Made by a program: the position numbers and the translations under genes. This document shows, in pieces, positions 1 through 15,266 of a stretch of 64,000 nucleotides of DNA. How positions within the stretch are numbered: position 1 is the stretch's first letter; each line of letters opens with the position of its first letter. Source of the stretch: the human T2T-CHM13v2.0 reference genome, Homo sapiens; NCBI RefSeq assembly GCF_009914755.1, contig NC_060936.1; one strand, 5' to 3'. Below the pieces are notes generated by a model. It saw only the letters and a program-made list of their open reading frames with translations. It did not search any database and was not told where the DNA came from.

Positions 1-334
1 TAGGCTGGTCTCCATCTCCTGACGTCGTGATCCACCTGTCTAGGCCTCCCAAAGTGCTGGGATTACAGGCGTGAGCCACTGCGCCCGGCCCGCTTCATAG
101 TTTCAAAATGACTTTCCCTTCAGGGTTAAAACAAATGCAACTTTCTTATCATGTTGGCTCAGGTACACTGGACCCCTTCTGATTGGTTGCTATTGTTTTC
201 TGGAAAACTGGTCAGTTTCAAAGTTCAGACTGATTGCGAGGCAGTTGGCCAGGAGTGATCCGTCGTTTTGGTTTGGTCTGTAGGGGCTAAGCACAGGAGC
301 TCAGCTCAAAATCATGGCCTCCCATATATTAAAA

Positions 335-585
335 TTTTGTTTTAATTTTTTAGATTTGGGGGGTACAAGTTCAGTTTTGTCACTTGGATATAATTCCCAG
401 TGGTGAAGCCTGGGCTTTTACGAGCCATTGCTTGCATAGTGTACATTGTATCTATTAGGTAATTTGTCATTCCTTACCCCTTCCCACCATGCCACCTTTC
501 CAAATCTCCAGTATCTATTATTCTACTCTTTAGGTCCATGTGTACACTTTATTTAGCTCCACTTATAAGTGAGAACAAGCATAAA
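335..585 (-). mobile_element. L1 3'-end fragment (antisense)
   Basis: tttagctccacttataagtgagaac and neighbouring L1 3'UTR-type sequence. Confidence 0.75.
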
Positions 586-748
586 TTATATTTAAGGGTG
601 GTGCATGCAGGCCAGCCAGCCAGTTGCCTGTAACCAGCTGGAGCACTGAGGAAAGGAAGCCTGACCCAAAAAGGCAAATACAGTGAGCAAGAATCCCTGT
701 TAGCTGAATCCAGGAACTCCTTCTGAAAAAAAATATTATTTTTCTTGA

Positions 749-1160
<412 letters not shown>

Positions 1161-1620
1161 CTAGTCCTTCCAGACAGGATCCAACCCTTGCCCCATTTCC
1201 AAGACAAACAACTAAGGCCTGGGAGAAGAGGCCAGGGGTATTTATTTGAGGGTTCTGACTCACGTGGAAGCCACAGTGAAGAAGTGACTTGTATTTGTGG
1301 ATCTGCTTCTGCTCTCTGCAGTTTCCTTGGGCAGTCACTTCACTGCTGCTCTGCCCTGGAAGGCCACTTCCTACATTCACCTCTTCCTGCCAGGCCAGTA
1401 GCTGGGAGACTGGCAAGGCAAGGATGGAAAATGCTTGTGTTAAGTCTGTGATTTGGGAGGAAGCTCTTTCTGAAGCAGTCTTCAAGGGGCTGTCTCCTTC
1501 CTGCAGTGCCCAGAGCATCCCAGAGTTCTCACAACTGTGTTCCTGTTTTGGGAGTTCGCACTGGGTTCCCTCTGAACTGGAACACTCTCTTTCTCCCAAC
1601 CCCTGAACCCAGACCTCCCA

Positions 1621-2085
1621 CCAGGGCCAGCTTCACAGGCATGCCCTGTGCTTCAAGGGACCCCGTGCTTGTTTTGACGCTTTGTTGTCGCCGTCTTGAG
1701 ATTCTTTTTTATTTTGTTTTTTGAGACATGATCTTGCTCTGATACCCAGGCTGGAGTGCAGTAGCATGGTCATGGCTCACTGCAGCTTTGACTTCCTGGG
1801 CTCAAGTGATCCTCCCGTCTCAGCCTCCTGACTAGCTGGGACTACAGGCACGTGCCACCACAGCTGGCTAATTTTTTTATTTTTGGTAAAGATGAGGTTT
1901 TGCCATTTTGCTCAGGCTGGTCGGAATCTCATGAGCTCAAGCAATCTGCCCACCTCGGCCTCCCAAAGTACTGGGATTACAGGAATAAGCCACTGCACCC
2001 AGCCCCAAATTCACAATAATTTTTCAACAAGGGGCTCTGTGTTTTCATTTTGCACTGGGTCCTGCAAATTCTGTAGCCGGTCCTG
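1621..2085. mobile_element. MER45-like hAT DNA transposon interrupted by an antisense Alu (~1703-2005)
   Basis: cagggccagcttca... and ...gtagccggtcctg termini with a nested Alu. Confidence 0.55.
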
Positions 2086-2239
2086 CCTCTACTGCTAGCT
2101 CTTTGCCCATCAGAGTCACTTCCTCAAAGGGCCTTCCCTGTCCCTTTCTCACATTTAAAAAATCTACCCCCCAATTACCTTCAGTATCTTTATCAATCAC
2201 TCTGATTAGTTGTCTTTGCAACATTTAATTATTTCTTGA

Positions 2240-2482
<243 letters not shown>

Positions 2483-2807
2483 TAGGCTGGTCTTGAACTC
2501 CTGAGTTCAAGCAATCCACCCACCTCGGCCTCCCAAAGTGCTGGGATTACAGGTGTGAACCTCCACAACCGGCTCCTAAAAGATTACGTCTTTTATTTTT
2601 TTATGATCTACTTGGTTATTACCTGTCTCCCTACACTGGAAGCAAGTTCCGTGAAGCCAGGGCCATAGTTATAGTGGTCTCTGTTTTTCCCCACTGCCTA
2701 GGCTGGTGCTGGCTCATGGTAGGCTTTGAATATCTGCTAAATACATGAATGAAATGAGCTGCAACAAGCTTGCCAAAGACAGAATTCTGCATTACGGGGG
2801 AATGTAA

Positions 2808-2890
2808 AACATGTGATGAATGAGTGTGGGAATGGATGAACGAATGGATGAATGAATGGATGAATGAATGAATGGATTAATTAATTAATT
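2808..2890. repeat. (TGAA/TGGA)n simple repeat at an L2-like end
   Basis: gaatggatgaatgaatggatgaatgaatgaatgg. Confidence 0.7.
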
Positions 2891-4499
2891 AACAGGTGAA
2901 TAGGCATTTTATAGTTGTTGCTCTTTAGCAGCAGTAAATTTTTGTTTTCATAAAATTCTTTCTCCTTGTATCTTGTGACTTTGGAGACTAGTTCTGGGGT
3001 GAAACTCCAATTTTAAATTTTTCTTCTGTCTTTGATAGGATCATGCAAACTCAGCCTTTCTCTCCTTTCTCCCAGCTGGCAAGGGCTGGCTGAGAATATG
3101 AATCCAACAACCTCGTTAAGCTCTCTCCTCCCATCTCCTCCCCTTTGGGTTGATCTCAGGGCAGGGATTAGAACTTGGCCTTTCCTTGGACTTGGAAACA
3201 GTCCCTGAGGTTTGGAAATCCCATGCAACACTTAGAAACAGAGCTAATGAGAACATTACATGATGTGGCAAAATCACTGCTTACATGCTCTGAAATGAGC
3301 ACGGTTACAAGAACCTCCTGTTCTGTGTGATCCCATTTTGTTGGACAAACAGCATGTGGTTAGTAGTGCATAGTGGGCCTATGATGAGACACTCAGGTTC
3401 AAAGCTACCTCTTCCTAGCTTGTACCCCGACTTAGTATGACCCTGTGGGGTGCGCATGTGGACTGAATGGAATGGGACAGGTTCAGGATTGCTGAGATTG
3501 CAGCTGGAATCCTGAAACTTAAAGCTATGAAATTGAAGTTCATAAATTAGTGGTGAACTCATTTGGCAGCAAAACCTGTCCTGAATTGATGTGAGGTTAT
3601 GTATAGTAATTATTTATCCTATTCTGCTGCTGAAATATTAATATGATAATGTGGAACAGAAAGTTTTACCTTCCTAAAAACAATAATTTCCAAGTTCCAA
3701 AACGTATCAGGCCCTGGGAATTTCAGATAAGGGATTATGGACTATATATAACATGCTTAGAATAGTTCCTGGCATATAGTAAGCACAAAAAATGCTTCTG
3801 CTTAGTAAATGTGCCTAATAAATGTGTGTGTGTGTATGCGTATGTGTTTGTATGTGTGTGTCTTAGAGGGACTGTAAAGAGTGTCTCCAAATAGTAAATA
3901 ATCATTTTATGTGGTATGATTATGAGTGATTTAAATTTTCTTCTGCATTTTCTAACTTTCTGCTCTAAATGTCATTTTATAATGCATTTTAACAATGTAT
4001 AATAATAAAACAGTATAAAAATATTGGGAGAAAGAGTAAACCAATCATCTCACTTCCTAGATAGGAAGCTGAAGCCCAGAGACATTCCAGGCCTCTCAGC
4101 AAGGTAATCAGAGGCCCAGAGCACCATTTGAACCCAGACCCTCGTTAGATGTGGATGTGAAATCAGTCAACGAACTGCTAGTATTAGTGTCACTGCCTAA
4201 CCTTCCCCCAGCGGGTAAGAGGCTTGGACTCCAGGACGGGCACCTCCGTCCTCCTCCTAACTTGTTCTTTCTATTAGTGGGAAGGGTTGGGAGATTAGGG
4301 TAGTTTATGGATAACCTTTAAGTCGTATGAGCTTGAGGACATCATCTACCTTCTCAGGGGCCAGACTGGACACTCTGAGGTTCTTTGTGGCTCTAACAGT
4401 TGGTGGCTTTGTTCCTTTATATGTGGAGGAATGGACAGCAGGGAGGGGGCTGGGAGATAGAGAAGGAGAGTAGCTGGAAAATGGCAGAAAAGTTTGTTA

Positions 4500-4727
<228 letters not shown>

Positions 4728-5882
4728 TCAAGGTTTGTCCCATCCATTCGTTGGCCCAGGAGCAGTTATTGCAACCCCTCTGGGTGCCAGGCAGTCAGTT
4801 GGCACTACAGATGCAAAGATGGTGAGATACAGCCTCTGTCCTTAGGGAGACCAGGGCAAGGGGTCTGAGAGCCCACAGGCCAGGGCATTCCCCATCATTT
4901 TTACAGAGAGAGCTGTGGAATAGTTAAGAGCACAACACGCTGGTGGCTGAGGCTGGAGGCTGGTGTGCTGGCTTCTCCACCTAGCCATCATGTGACTTGG
5001 GGCCAAGTTCTGTGATTTTCTGTGCCTCAGTTTCCTCTGAAATGAAGTCATCGTGTTACCTCCCTCACAGGGTTGGGATCAGGCTTCATTGAGTTGCTGT
5101 AAGTACAGCACTCGAAGCAGCACCCATGGTGCGATCATGGTCATTAGATCCAGTGCACGGCATAAGAGCCCAGGACCCACAATCAGGTCTGGATTCAGAC
5201 CTCTCCTGTTACCTGTCTGAGCTGCAATTTCCTGCTCTGTTGAGGCAGGATAATACTAGTGCCTACTTTAGGAGATTGTTGAGATCGAGTGGGAGCAAGT
5301 GCTGGGGGTGGACGGCCCAGAGGTGGTTCAGTAGCCATTAGTTGGGTGGGCTTCTTCCAAAGTTCTTGCCTGTGCGCATGGTTATTCCCAAGCCCTGGCC
5401 GGGCTTACATCTTAAAGGTGTAGCAACCTGTGTCCACGGAGGAGGAAGAGGATTGAAAAGGCAGGTGAAGTGTCCCGATAAAAGGATAAAGTCCAAAACA
5501 GCAGATGGGTGCTGAAGTGTTCCTTCCCGCCACCATTTACGACCATGTTGGGATCACTGAGGTAAGAACAGTTTAGCAAGGCAGACCTTGGATCCCAGGA
5601 AGGCAAATGAGGCTCTGTGGGGTCTGGACATACAGAGGGGGCCCTGCAGGCAAAGGTAGGTGAAGGAATACCAGGAAAGGGAGCTGACACCAGGGACCTG
5701 GCATCGCCCCCACTTTCCCAGATAGCAGACTGGGTGGGCTTGCAGTGCAGCCTCCCAGCTGCTTGTTCGTCATCCCAGCCCACATCTCTTATCGGCTCCA
5801 AGCAAGGAACAGGTCAGGAAACTAAATTGTCTATGCATATTTTTATGCGCCCCTGAGTGAAATGCCAAGGATCTTCCTGTAA

Positions 5883-6249
<367 letters not shown>

Positions 6250-6895
6250 TGATCTGCCCTCCTTGGCCTCCCAAAGTGCTGGGATTACAGGTGTGAGCCA
6301 CTGCGCCCGGCCTCCTAAAATGTTTTCTAGGAGCTTGGGGGAAAGAGGATCCCTGTCTTTGAGTTGTTCTTGTATTAAGTTAATACAAGGTACAGAGCAA
6401 CTAACCATTCATACATTCCCCTCCCCCTTAAGCATCATTGCCCTATTTTAGAAAAATTATTCACTTCTGCTCTATACTTAATGTAACACAGTCCCCCCCA
6501 CCCCATATATTGAAAGAGATTATTTCATTTTGCTTTTCTGCAAAAATGAAGGCAAATTGTATGTGGATAATTTTATAGTTGAGGAAGTGGAGAGACGGGA
6601 TTTACTTAAGGTCATCCGTGAGGGGAAGGGTAAGTTCAAGCCCATGGATGGCACAGTCTTTCTACCACGCTGCTGGCCACATGCATGCGGATTTTCTTGT
6701 TGATTTTGTGTGTGTATTGTTCATTGACCTGGGTTTTCCCTCTGCAATACCAGTAAGTAAAATTGAGCTTCTAGTAAGTCTGAGAGGAAGGGCTTAATGC
6801 ATGAGACAGCAACTACCACCATGCTTGAACTGTTTCATCAAAAAGCACAACAATGGATGTTTGTATAAAGGTGGTGTTGTGCTTGGAGGTGGATA

Positions 6896-6975
6896 TTAGG
6901 TTGGTGCAAAAGTAATCGTGGTTTTTGCAATCCCTTTTAATGGCAGAAACTGCAATTAGTTTTGCACCGACTGAA
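6896..6975. mobile_element. MADE1 (80-bp Hsmar1-derived palindromic MITE)
   Basis: TA|ttaggttggtgcaaaagtaat...attagttttgcaccgactgaa|TA; 80 bp, TA duplication. Confidence 0.9.
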
Positions 6976-7992
6976 TATTATTCATTTCTTTCCGTCTTCT
7001 ATTCCCTAATAATGCAATTAGAGAAAAATGCAAGGTCATGATCACTGTGATGAAATGATGAGCCCACCCATCTAAATGAAATCCCTTATTTGAGACCCTG
7101 GGTCATAGTGAGATGTGTGAGGCTGTCTTTCAGGCTGTATTAGCAGAGAAGTGAGAATATCTATACAGTGTTTAAGTAGTGTTGGGGTTTTTGCAATAGA
7201 GAATAAAAATCTAGAGCAATACAAGTATGCTGGCAAGCAGTTCTCTTCTGCATGATCCTAACTGACTTTGGTAGGGTTGGGGTATTTTGAAATATCTTCA
7301 TTTCTTGATTTTCATTGCTTTCCCTATTTTGAGGTGGTTACATTTACACTGGGGATATTTGGGGGATGAATACTTGTTGGTTTTGGTTTGAATCTCTAAA
7401 AATCAGGATACAGTGGGTTACTTTTTTGGAGGAGGTGAAGGCAAGGCTGTGAACACCTTCCCAGAAACTTGAAGAACTGAGAATTTTGTTTATCTGTTTT
7501 TTTTCTTAAACCTGTTGTTGAAATGTTATTTAATATATGGTCAGGGCATAGCTATCCACTGCTGTCAGGCATGGCTGCTTAAACAGGGGCCCAGGGTGTT
7601 TATGTTGTGGCCAAGTACTTGGCACCCCCGGGAAGTGTGGCCCTGCCTGTGCCTTTTCTTTCTTCCTTTCTTTCTTTTTTTTTTTTTTTTTTTTTTTTTT
7701 GAGAAAGGGTCTTGCTCTATTCCCCAGGCTGGAGTGTAGCGAGATCATGGCTCACTGCAGCCTCAGCTACCTGGGCTCAGGTAATCTTCCCGCCTCAGCC
7801 TCCTGAGTAGCTGGAATTACAGGTATGCACCACCACGCTGGCTAATTTTCATATTTTTAGTAGAGATGGGGTTTCACTATGTTGGTCAGGTTGGTCTTGA
7901 ACTGCTGGCCTCAAGTGATCTGCCTGCCTCGGCCTCCCAAAGTGCTGGGATTACAGGTGTGAGCCACTGCACGTGGCCTTCCTGTGAAGTGA

Positions 7993-8363
<371 letters not shown>

Positions 8364-9544
8364 TAGGATACATGTAAAATTTTGTTACATGCATAGAATG
8401 CATAATGATTGTAGGGACCAAGGGAATATCTTCTGCTTTGCCCTCTGAAGTTTCGCTGAAAAATTAACTTGTAAAAAGGCAGATTAGTTGGAGAAAAGAC
8501 ACACAAATTTAATTAATGTGTACACTGGGAGAACCGCAGAGTGATTACCCAGAAGGGAATTTACTGGCCAGCATTTACATTATTTTTGGTTGGTTTGTGG
8601 GCTATGAAAGTAGGCTACCTTTATTATTACTGCGATGACTTCTAGGTAGTGTTTTGGTTCTTTGCATTTATTACATTACTTGAAGAAGCATTCATTCATT
8701 TATTTTTGATTTTTTGAGATGGAGTCTCACTCTGTCACTCAGGCTGGAATGCAGTACCGCCATCTGGGCTCACTTCAACCTCCGCCTCTCGGGTTTTAGT
8801 GATTCTCTCTCCTCAGTCTCTCGAGTAGCTGGGACTACAGGTGTGCACCACCATGCCCGGCTAATTTTTGTATTATTAGTAGAGACAGGGTGTCACCATG
8901 TTGGCCAGGCTGGCCTCAAACTCCTGACCTCAAGCGCCTGCCTCAGCCTCCCAAAGTGCTGGTATTACAGGCATGAGCTACCAGGCCCGGCCTCATTCGT
9001 TTATTCTAACTGGAATCGGTTTGTCTGAGTTCAAGACCCTGGGCTCTGGCACTTCAGATAACATGCATCTCTGGGCCCCAGTTTCCTTATCTGTATTATA
9101 GGGATAAAAACAATAAGATTGCCACGAGGATTAAGTGACACAGAGGAACAAAGGAGCACTTAGTAAATGTTAGTCTTACCAGAAGTTTATTTCGGATCAC
9201 CGGGCTGCTGGGGTCCTCCCTGTCCTGGAGGCACTCGCTTCAGTAGCGGACCCAGGTGGTGCAAAGTGCGTGCTAGAAGCACACTGGGTGATTGCGCAGC
9301 CACCTGTCCCAGGGAGTGGAGGTGAAAAGATGAGAGAAACCAGGACTTTGGGAAATAAAAGTCGACTTGACAACAGGGACTTTTAACGGGCACAGTGGCG
9401 ACCTCTGACTCACATTTTAAATTTCCCATATTTTCCACCGCTTCCCTATCGTGTGTGTATTCAAGCATATCAATTGCTGCCAATATGTAGGGGTGTCCCA
9501 TATTGGGGAGCAAAGCAGAAGAGAGGCTTTAAAAATATATATCT

Positions 9545-9985
9545 CCGCAGCTCATTTCGGCTGCCGAAGCTCAGCGGCGGGTCGGAGGTAGGCCGGCCCG
9601 GGGGCGGGGCTCCGTCCGGAAGGCGGGGCCCTCCTGGGGCGGGGTCGGTGTGGGGGCGGGGCCTGGGTGGGGCCTAGGCGGGCGCGATGGCCCGGGACTC
9701 TGGCGCGCAGGGTGCATTTCGGGATGGAGCAAGCGCAGCGCGAAGTTGGGCGCCCGCCGGCTGCAGCAGAACCCCGCCCGCGGCGCTCTAGGACTGCATC
9801 TCGGCCTCCGGGTCGCGACCTGGCTGTCCTGCTGGGTCCCGGGCCTCGGGTCGGCTTCAGGCGGTTAAGGGGTGCATGCTCTGCACCCCTGCGGGAGCCC
9901 GGTGGGATTGGCCTGCGGGGTGGTCAACATGAGTCCTGCCAAGTGCAAGATCTGTTTCCCTGATCGCGAAGTAAAGTAAGTAAGC
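9545..9985 (+). promoter_or_regulatory. ACACB: CpG island / internal alternative promoter of ACACB with clustered GC boxes
   Basis: Very GC- and CpG-rich relative to the flanks; GGCGGGG Sp/KLF boxes at ~9601, 9622, 9637 and 9653; CCAAT at 9480 and ATTGG at 9502; ends at a consensus splice donor. Confidence 0.9.
9929..9975 (+). CDS. ACACB: Alternative first coding exon of ACC2 (short N-terminus MSPAKCKICFPDREV-K, lacking the mitochondrial anchor)
   Basis: ATG 9929 with A at -3 and an in-frame upstream TAA at 9866; exon ends AA|GTAAGT in phase 2 and joins G at 21913 to give AAG CCG AGC ATG in frame; matches my recollection of a reported short-N-terminus ACC2 isoform. Confidence 0.85.
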
Positions 9986-10721
9986 CTGCAATTGTAATGA
10001 CCATGATCTTTTACAAACTTACGCAGTCTTCCTTCCCCTTGAAGTCAAGCTGTGTGTCCTCTTAGCACCGCCCCCTTTACCCCCACCCCCATCCAAAGAA
10101 ACACGGGCTTGAGTTGGCTGCTGGGGAGATGATGCCCGCCTTGGAAACTCTAGCTGGCCTTGGCGGGAGGGGAGGAAGGAGGCTGGACGTTGGGGGTGAC
10201 GTTGCTTGGAGGAGGTCGCTTCGGAGCACACAGGTGCCTAAAGATCAGCCCTTGCGCAGGGGCACGCCTTCCCCGCTTTCTCTCCTTCGCCTCCAGAAGC
10301 TGATGGTTGTGGAAGGCAGGTCTCTTTTGAAGCTGAAGCCTGGGCAAATCGACGTGAACTTGAGCAGGCTCTCATTGAGGGTCATTTTCTGAGCAGATGA
10401 GCGTAGGCATCTCAGTGCCTGAGTGCTTTGTAGCTCTACCTACTTGGTTTTGTTTCTTTCCTTTTTTGTCCTCATTTTATTGCACTTAAAAAGAATTACC
10501 AAATTGATGGTGTGTCTGTTGTTGACAATTCAGAAAATTATAGATAAGCAAAAAAGAGGAACAAAAATCACCCATAATTCCACCCCTGTGATGTTTGTTA
10601 ACAGTTGTATATTCTTCAGCTTTTTTTTTTTTCCGGTGCAGATATGTTTTAATTTATAAACTTGAATCATGCAGAACGTTCTGTAACTCACTTTTTCATT
10701 CAACATTAAGTATTTTTCTAC

Positions 10722-11041
10722 CACTGGGCTTGGCAAACTATGACCCACTGCCTGTTTTGGGATGGCCTGCAAGCAGAGAATGGTTTTTTCATGTTTAAGT
10801 GATTGAAAAAAAAATCAAAAGAAGATTGTTTTGTGACACGTGAAAATTACATGAAATTCAAATTTCAGTGTCTACGAAAAAAGTTTTATTGGACTGCAGC
10901 CTGCTCATCGATTTATGATTTATGCCTAGTTCATGGCTGCTTTTGTGCCTCACTGGAGGATTTGAGTGGTGGGACAGAGACTGACCAGATCTAAAGTACT
11001 TACTGCCTGACCCTTGACAGACAATGTTTGCCAATCCCTGC
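10722..11041. mobile_element. MER58-type hAT/Charlie DNA transposon
   Basis: ggcaaacta...tttgccaatccctg termini and typical internal sequence. Confidence 0.7.
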
Positions 11042-11113
11042 CTACAACATGCTTTTACTGGATTCATAGTGTTCCTTTAAATGGGTGCACCTTAAAATGT
11101 ATGAATAATCCTC

Positions 11114-11573
11114 GCCAGGCAGGGTGGTGCAAGCCTGTAGTCCCAAATACTCAGGAGGCTGAGGAGGGAGGATGCTTTTGCCCAGGAGTTGGAGGCTGCA
11201 GTGTGCTATGATCGTTCCTGTGAACAGCCACTGCACTCTAGCCTGGGCAACATAGCAAGACCCCATCTCTGAAAAAAAATGTGCCCAGGTGTGGTGGCTC
11301 ATGCCTGTAATCCTAGCGCTTTGGGAGGCCAAGGCAGGAGAACTGCTTGAACTCGGGAGTTCGAGACCAGCTTGGGCAACATAGTGAGACCCCCATCTCT
11401 ACTTAAAAAAAAATTAGCTGAGGATGGTGATGCATGCCTGGAGTTTCAGCTACTGGAAAGACTAAGGGAAGAGGATTGCTTGAGCCTGGGAGATCGAGGC
11501 TGTAGTGAGCAATGGTTGTGCTATTGCACTCCAGCCTGGGCAACAGAGCAAGACCCTGTCTCTTAAAAAAAAA
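11114..11573 (+). mobile_element. FAM monomer followed by a full Alu
   Basis: ctatgatcgttcctgtgaacagccactgc FAM signature; second element 11283-11573. Confidence 0.8.
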
Positions 11574-12303
11574 GTATAAGTAATCCCCTATAAGTAGCGG
11601 ATATTCAGGCTGTTTCTCTCTGTTTTTTTTTTTTTTTGGCGGGGAGGCTATTATCAACAGCACAGTGAGGAATACCCCTGTAGCTGAATCTCTGCCTCCA
11701 TCCTTTATTTTCTTAGGATATGTTTACCTGGTCCATAAACATTCATGCACACCTCCCATGCATAAGGCCTGCAACTGGTAGCAGGAAGGGTCGCAAAAAT
11801 GGTTGGAAACCGTGACCTCCGCCCTCCAGGAACTTCGGTTCCATTGTGGAAGGCAGATGTCTTCTCAGTAACTCCAATTCGAGGCTGATGGGTGCAACAG
11901 TAATAGCCACTACCACTCATGGGGTGCTTTCAGTATGCCAGGCCAAGTGCTTTGTAGGTGTGGTCTCATGCCATCTTCAAAATACCACTGTGGGGGCACT
12001 AAGTGGAGGCTGTTGTACCCATTTCACAAACCACTTTAATGGAAAAAAAAAAAAACCTCACACAAATTTGGAATTGTCCCAGCAAGTCCAGGACGTGGGG
12101 TCCCCCTATTTATAATAATATGGACATACTTTGTTGGGGGACTACATTGTTCCTCTCTTAGCTTAGAGTGGCTAAAAAGATGGATTTGGACGATCTAACT
12201 TTGCCACCAAGCTGTGTGATCTTCTGGAGCAGGTACCATCAAGCCTTGGAACCTCAGTTTCCACATCTGTCCAAGGGACTAGCCCTCATAGGCCTTTCTA
12301 GAG

Positions 12304-12340
<37 letters not shown>

Positions 12341-13182
12341 AGACAGGGTCTTGCTCTGTTGCCCAGACAGTGGCATGATCATGGCTCATTACAGCCTCAG
12401 CCTCCGGGCTCAAGCAGTCCTCTCACCTCAGCCTTCCAAGTAGTGGGACCACAGGCATGCGCCACCACACCCAGCTAATTTTTGTATTTTTTAGAGAGAC
12501 AGGGTTTCACCATGTTTCCCAGGCTGGTCTTGAACTCTTGAGCTAAGCAATCCTCACAACTCAGCTTCCCAAAGTGCTGGGATTACAGGCATGAGCCACC
12601 ATGCCCGGCTCTTTCTTGGTTCGTTGAGACTCTGTGTGGAAGTCGCTGGTCTTGAGTACTGCCCTGGGTCAGCACAAACATTGATGAAAACTAATAAGTA
12701 AAGACAGAGTTCGGTTATGAAAGAGCCCTCTGGAGTTGGGAGGCATTTGGGATCTTGTGCTGAAGGCTCGGGCCATCTAAGAAGCCAGAACTCCTGAGAA
12801 GGTGAGGTCGCAAATGATGACTGATTTTTCATGGCATGAGAACGGGGTCACAGTTCAGAGAGTAGAGAAATGATTGTGGATCAGAGTGCAGAAGGGCTTG
12901 AAATAAAGTTGGGGATGAGGAGGCAGAAGTTGTTTTTTAATGAGTCCCATTTCACTGCCATGCAATTCTGCTCTGAAAGGCCAGCTGCCTGCATGCAAAT
13001 ATTGGCTGTAGACCTATCAGGGGTTTTCACTCTTGGCTACACATTAGAATTTCCTGGTGGGGAGATTTTTGAAAAATCTGGATGCCGGGGACCCCACCTC
13101 TACCCCCTAGACATGCTGATGGGACCCCGACATCAGAATCTTATAAAGTTTTTCATGTCAGGGTTGAAAACTCGTGCCTAGC

Positions 13183-14141
<959 letters not shown>

Positions 14142-14644
14142 GCCTAGCCAAGGTAGTCATCCCAGGGGGTACTGATGGGGCAGGTGGCTTGAGAAATTTC
14201 CAAGGGTCCATTTCTGGAGAGCGTGGTTTTGTGCTGTTTGAACGATATCAACCTTTACTGGGCTACACAGTGTTCTTTCTTGCTTTCTTGTTTGGAAGTA
14301 GTTGTAATTACAGAATTGCCTGGCTCAGAATCAGCTCTTAGCAGTGCGGGTAGCCGTTACCATCTCTATTTTATAGAAGAAAAGAGAGGGAAGGAATTGA
14401 AGGTCTGATTAATGCCGGGGCCCTAGCCTAATGGCCCAGCCTGGGCTCCTGTAATGCTATCCTGCAGACGTACATGGTAGCTAAAGTGTTGCAAGCTGTT
14501 TACTTTGGCTAGGTCCAGGGATAAACTGTTAATTCCATCATGTGAGGAAACTGAGGCAGGGAGTATTGAAGTAACTTTCCCAGGATTACACAGGTTATAA
14601 GCGGTAGATTCTGGCTTCAAAGCCTAGGAGGATGGCCGCAGTCT

Positions 14645-14846
14645 ACCAGAGTTTCTAAACTGCGGCTCTGTTGACACTTGGGGCTGTCCAGTTCTTTGTG
14701 GGGCTGTCCTGTGCATTGCAGGGTGTTGAGCAGCATCCCTGGTCTCCACCCACTAGATGCCAGTAGCGCATCCCCCAAGTTGTGACAATCAAAGATGTCT
14801 CCAGGTATTGCTCCCCGGGGAGCAAAATTTCCCCCAGTTAAGCACT
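14645..14846. mobile_element. MER20
   Basis: ctgtcctgtgcattgcagggtgttgagcagcatccctgg...cccactagatgccagtagc. Confidence 0.8.
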
Positions 14847-14848
14847 CA

Positions 14849-15266
<418 letters not shown>

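Noticed and set aside
9667-9963. 98-aa GC-rich ORF as an independent gene
   Set aside because: Typical CpG-island open frame with no recognisable homology; considered only as an overlapping uORF from ATG 9724
11114-11279. 7SL-like ncRNA gene
   Set aside because: Lacks the 7SL S domain; it is a fossil Alu monomer (FAM)
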